Below are positions 62,636 through 64,000 of a stretch of 64,000 nt of DNA, in pieces. The translations under genes and the position numbers were made by a program. Every line of letters starts with the position of its first letter. Positions within the stretch are counted from its first letter, which is position 1. The notes under the pieces are model-generated. The model worked only from the letters and a program-made list of their open reading frames with translations. It was not told where the DNA came from and made no database searches. The stretch is from a virus (lineage: Duplodnaviria; Caudoviricetes): the IMG/VR virus record IMGVR_UViG_2974753385_000001, positions 2,185-66,184 of that record. One strand, given 5' to 3'.

Positions 62636-62914
62636 ATGACACTTGCAACAACTCTCGCCGCACTCGCGGCGATACTGTCCCCCGTACACGCACCGGCCGA
62701 CGTGACGGTGTACCCGGTCGACTCCCACGGCGTCACCGTCGTCGCGCCGCGGTTGTCCGGCACCGGCGAGCTACTGGAGGATGAGTCGCCGTGGTCCGGC
62801 GCGTACGGCGGCGAGCTGATCAACTTCGGCGCGGGTATCGCTTGCTACACCGACCACACGGCGACCGACGGCGCAGCGTGGCACATTGTCCAGACATGCG
62901 AGCGTCCGGCATGA
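62636..62914 (+). CDS. early-array protein 14, putative secreted protein
   Basis: N-terminal hydrophobic MTLATTLAALAAILSPVHA; two Cys; RBS AAAGGATG. Confidence 0.75.
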   Translation: MTLATTLAALAAILSPVHAPADVTVYPVDSHGVTVVAPRLSGTGELLEDESPWSGAYGGELINFGAGIACYTDHTATDGAAWHIVQTCERPA

Positions 62915-63054
62915 CGCGCGACGACGCGCAGCTCGCGCGCCGGACGTCCGCGAGTGCGACCGAGACTTTCCGGTGTCGCCGGTGCGGGGAGTCTCGACGC
63001 GAAGTGATGGGAGACATTCGCCCGGTGTGCGATCGCTGTGTAGCGCGCGCATAG
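62911..63054 (+). CDS. early-array protein 15, 47-aa CxxC-CxxC zinc ribbon
   Basis: ATGA coupling; CRRC...CDRC. Confidence 0.65.
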   Translation: MTRDDAQLARRTSASATETFRCRRCGESRREVMGDIRPVCDRCVARA

Positions 63055-63107
63055 CCTTATCCGGTCCCGGCGCGCGCCGGTCGACCTAGTCCCGGCCGTC
63101 GGTGAAT

Positions 63108-63150
63108 CTCACCCCCGATACCTCACGGTGTCGGGGGTGAGTTGCGTTCT
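63108..63150 (+). terminator. terminator closing the array
   Basis: CTCACCCCCGATA / TGTCGGGGGTGAG then TTGCGTTCT. Confidence 0.6.
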
Positions 63151-63370
63151 GGGCACCCCTCGCGGGGGAGGGGTGCCACGGGTAGGGGTGCCACACGGCC
63201 GCGGTGTGATCGGCGCGAGATCTCGCCACACGGCCGCGTGCTGCGCGCCGATTGCGCCGCGGGACCTCGCACCCGGTCGGGGACGTCCACCTCGTGAGGG
63301 GTGCCTACAGCGGGCCCTATGGGGTGCCCTAGTGGGTTGTTTTTCGAGCGGGTGTGGCGAGGGTACGGAG

Positions 63371-63600
63371 GAAAATTGAAAAACTCATAATTCCTCATGA
63401 GGAATCGCATTTTCTTCATATCGAATAATTGTTCGATATGTATAAACAATGGGATAGATATATGGCTATGGGTAGGGGTCCTATATAGGGGTGAATATGG
63501 CACATATACATATATATGTATATTGCATATTATTTATTGGAATAATTATTTGATATTTGAATTATCAATTTGTTTTTGTTTGTGTCAATCATGACAACTC
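63371..63600. other. AT-rich (~29% GC) palindrome-dense island near the right end
   Basis: 66 G+C in 230 nt by hand count; several perfect palindromes and a LexA-like box at 63421-63436. Confidence 0.9.
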
Positions 63601-63990
63601 ATGAGAGGAAAGCGAAGGGTGAGAGTGATCAGAGTTGCGGATATGCGCGGCGAGATCGAACGTCGTCGAGAGGCTGCGCGTCGTGTGAGTAGCGGCGAAG
63701 GGTGCGAAGGGTGCGAAGTGATCAGGTGCGCAGCGATCGACGCGGCCGCGGTGATCGGGTGCGCGGCGAGGTTTGCGAGGGTGCGCCGAACGGGGTGTGC
63801 GTTGCGGCCGCTGTACGCGCCGTGTGCGCGTCGAGATCTCGCCGGGTGTGCCGAGGTGCGAGCGTGCGTTATCGGGTGTGAGCAGCGAAAACAGCGGCAC
63901 GCATGGCCTCGCGGGTGGCGCAGGGACCCGCACGGCGCGAAGCGTCGGGTGGGGGGTGTCACCCCTCCCCCGGCCGTCCGGCCGGGGGCC

Positions 63991-64000
63991 CGCCGCGTAC
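63991..64000 (+). other. probable right genome end / 10-nt 3' cos overhang CGCCGCGTAC
   Basis: Window terminus after a long non-coding tract; HNH+TerL packaging; the sequence matches my recollection of Gordonia cluster CR overhangs. Confidence 0.6.

Noticed and set aside
55060-63150. CRISPR-like or integron attC array interpretation of the repeated headers
   Set aside because: Repeats are degenerate promoters and RBSs with gene-sized, irregular spacing; no cas operon or integron integrase; no attC R/L box structure seen.
63397-63594. 65-aa Ile/Tyr-rich ORF in the AT island
   Set aside because: Codon usage alien to the genome; the sequence is better explained by its palindromes.
63601-64000. 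Open + frame from ATG 63601 to the window end, with GGGTGCGAA tandem repeats
   Set aside because: Rare codons (AGA, AGG, CGA, TGT), no SD, and it runs into the presumed genome end.
1-64000. tRNA genes, integrase/attP, immunity repressor, small terminase
   Set aside because: None recognisable; the small terminase may lie left of the window.

Overview
The window is most of a high-GC actinobacteriophage (siphovirus-type) genome. It starts inside a gene and ends in CGCCGCGTAC, which I recall (not database-checked) as the 10-nt 3' cos overhang of Gordonia cluster CR phages. Layout: (i) 1-6.9 kb, small rightward accessory genes including an orphan HicA-like RNase, lysin B and MazG-like enzymes; (ii) 7-33.9 kb, virion and packaging genes; (iii) 33.9-36.8 kb, lysis cassette with split lysin A; (iv) 36.8-54.5 kb, leftward replication and regulation genes (primase-helicase, two WhiB, double-HTH, RuvC, DnaE, SSB, AAA ATPase, Cas4/RecB-like nuclease, SNF2 helicase); (v) 55-63 kb, a rightward array of small unknown genes; (vi) a non-coding right end with an AT-rich palindromic island. 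No integrase, repressor cassette, tRNA or CRISPR array was seen. The most unusual system is the 55-63 kb array. It repeats one expression unit: TTGTCA-N17/18-TAACGT promoter, a GTTGACGTCAAC-type palindrome at a fixed spacer position, a 5' hairpin, and a GAAAGGATCGAA RBS. Its proteins almost lack lysine (about 12 K in about 2,380 aa versus about 6% elsewhere), and the 2.5 kb stretch I counted by hand avoids AGG on the sense strand. The array is flanked by actinobacterial LexA/SOS boxes: three in tandem at 54.7 kb and one at 63.4 kb. Other candidates are an overprinted basic ORF inside the head-maturation gene, an internal start in lysin A, and a 7-copy decamer read in two frames within a gene. 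All counts were made by eye and need computational confirmation.
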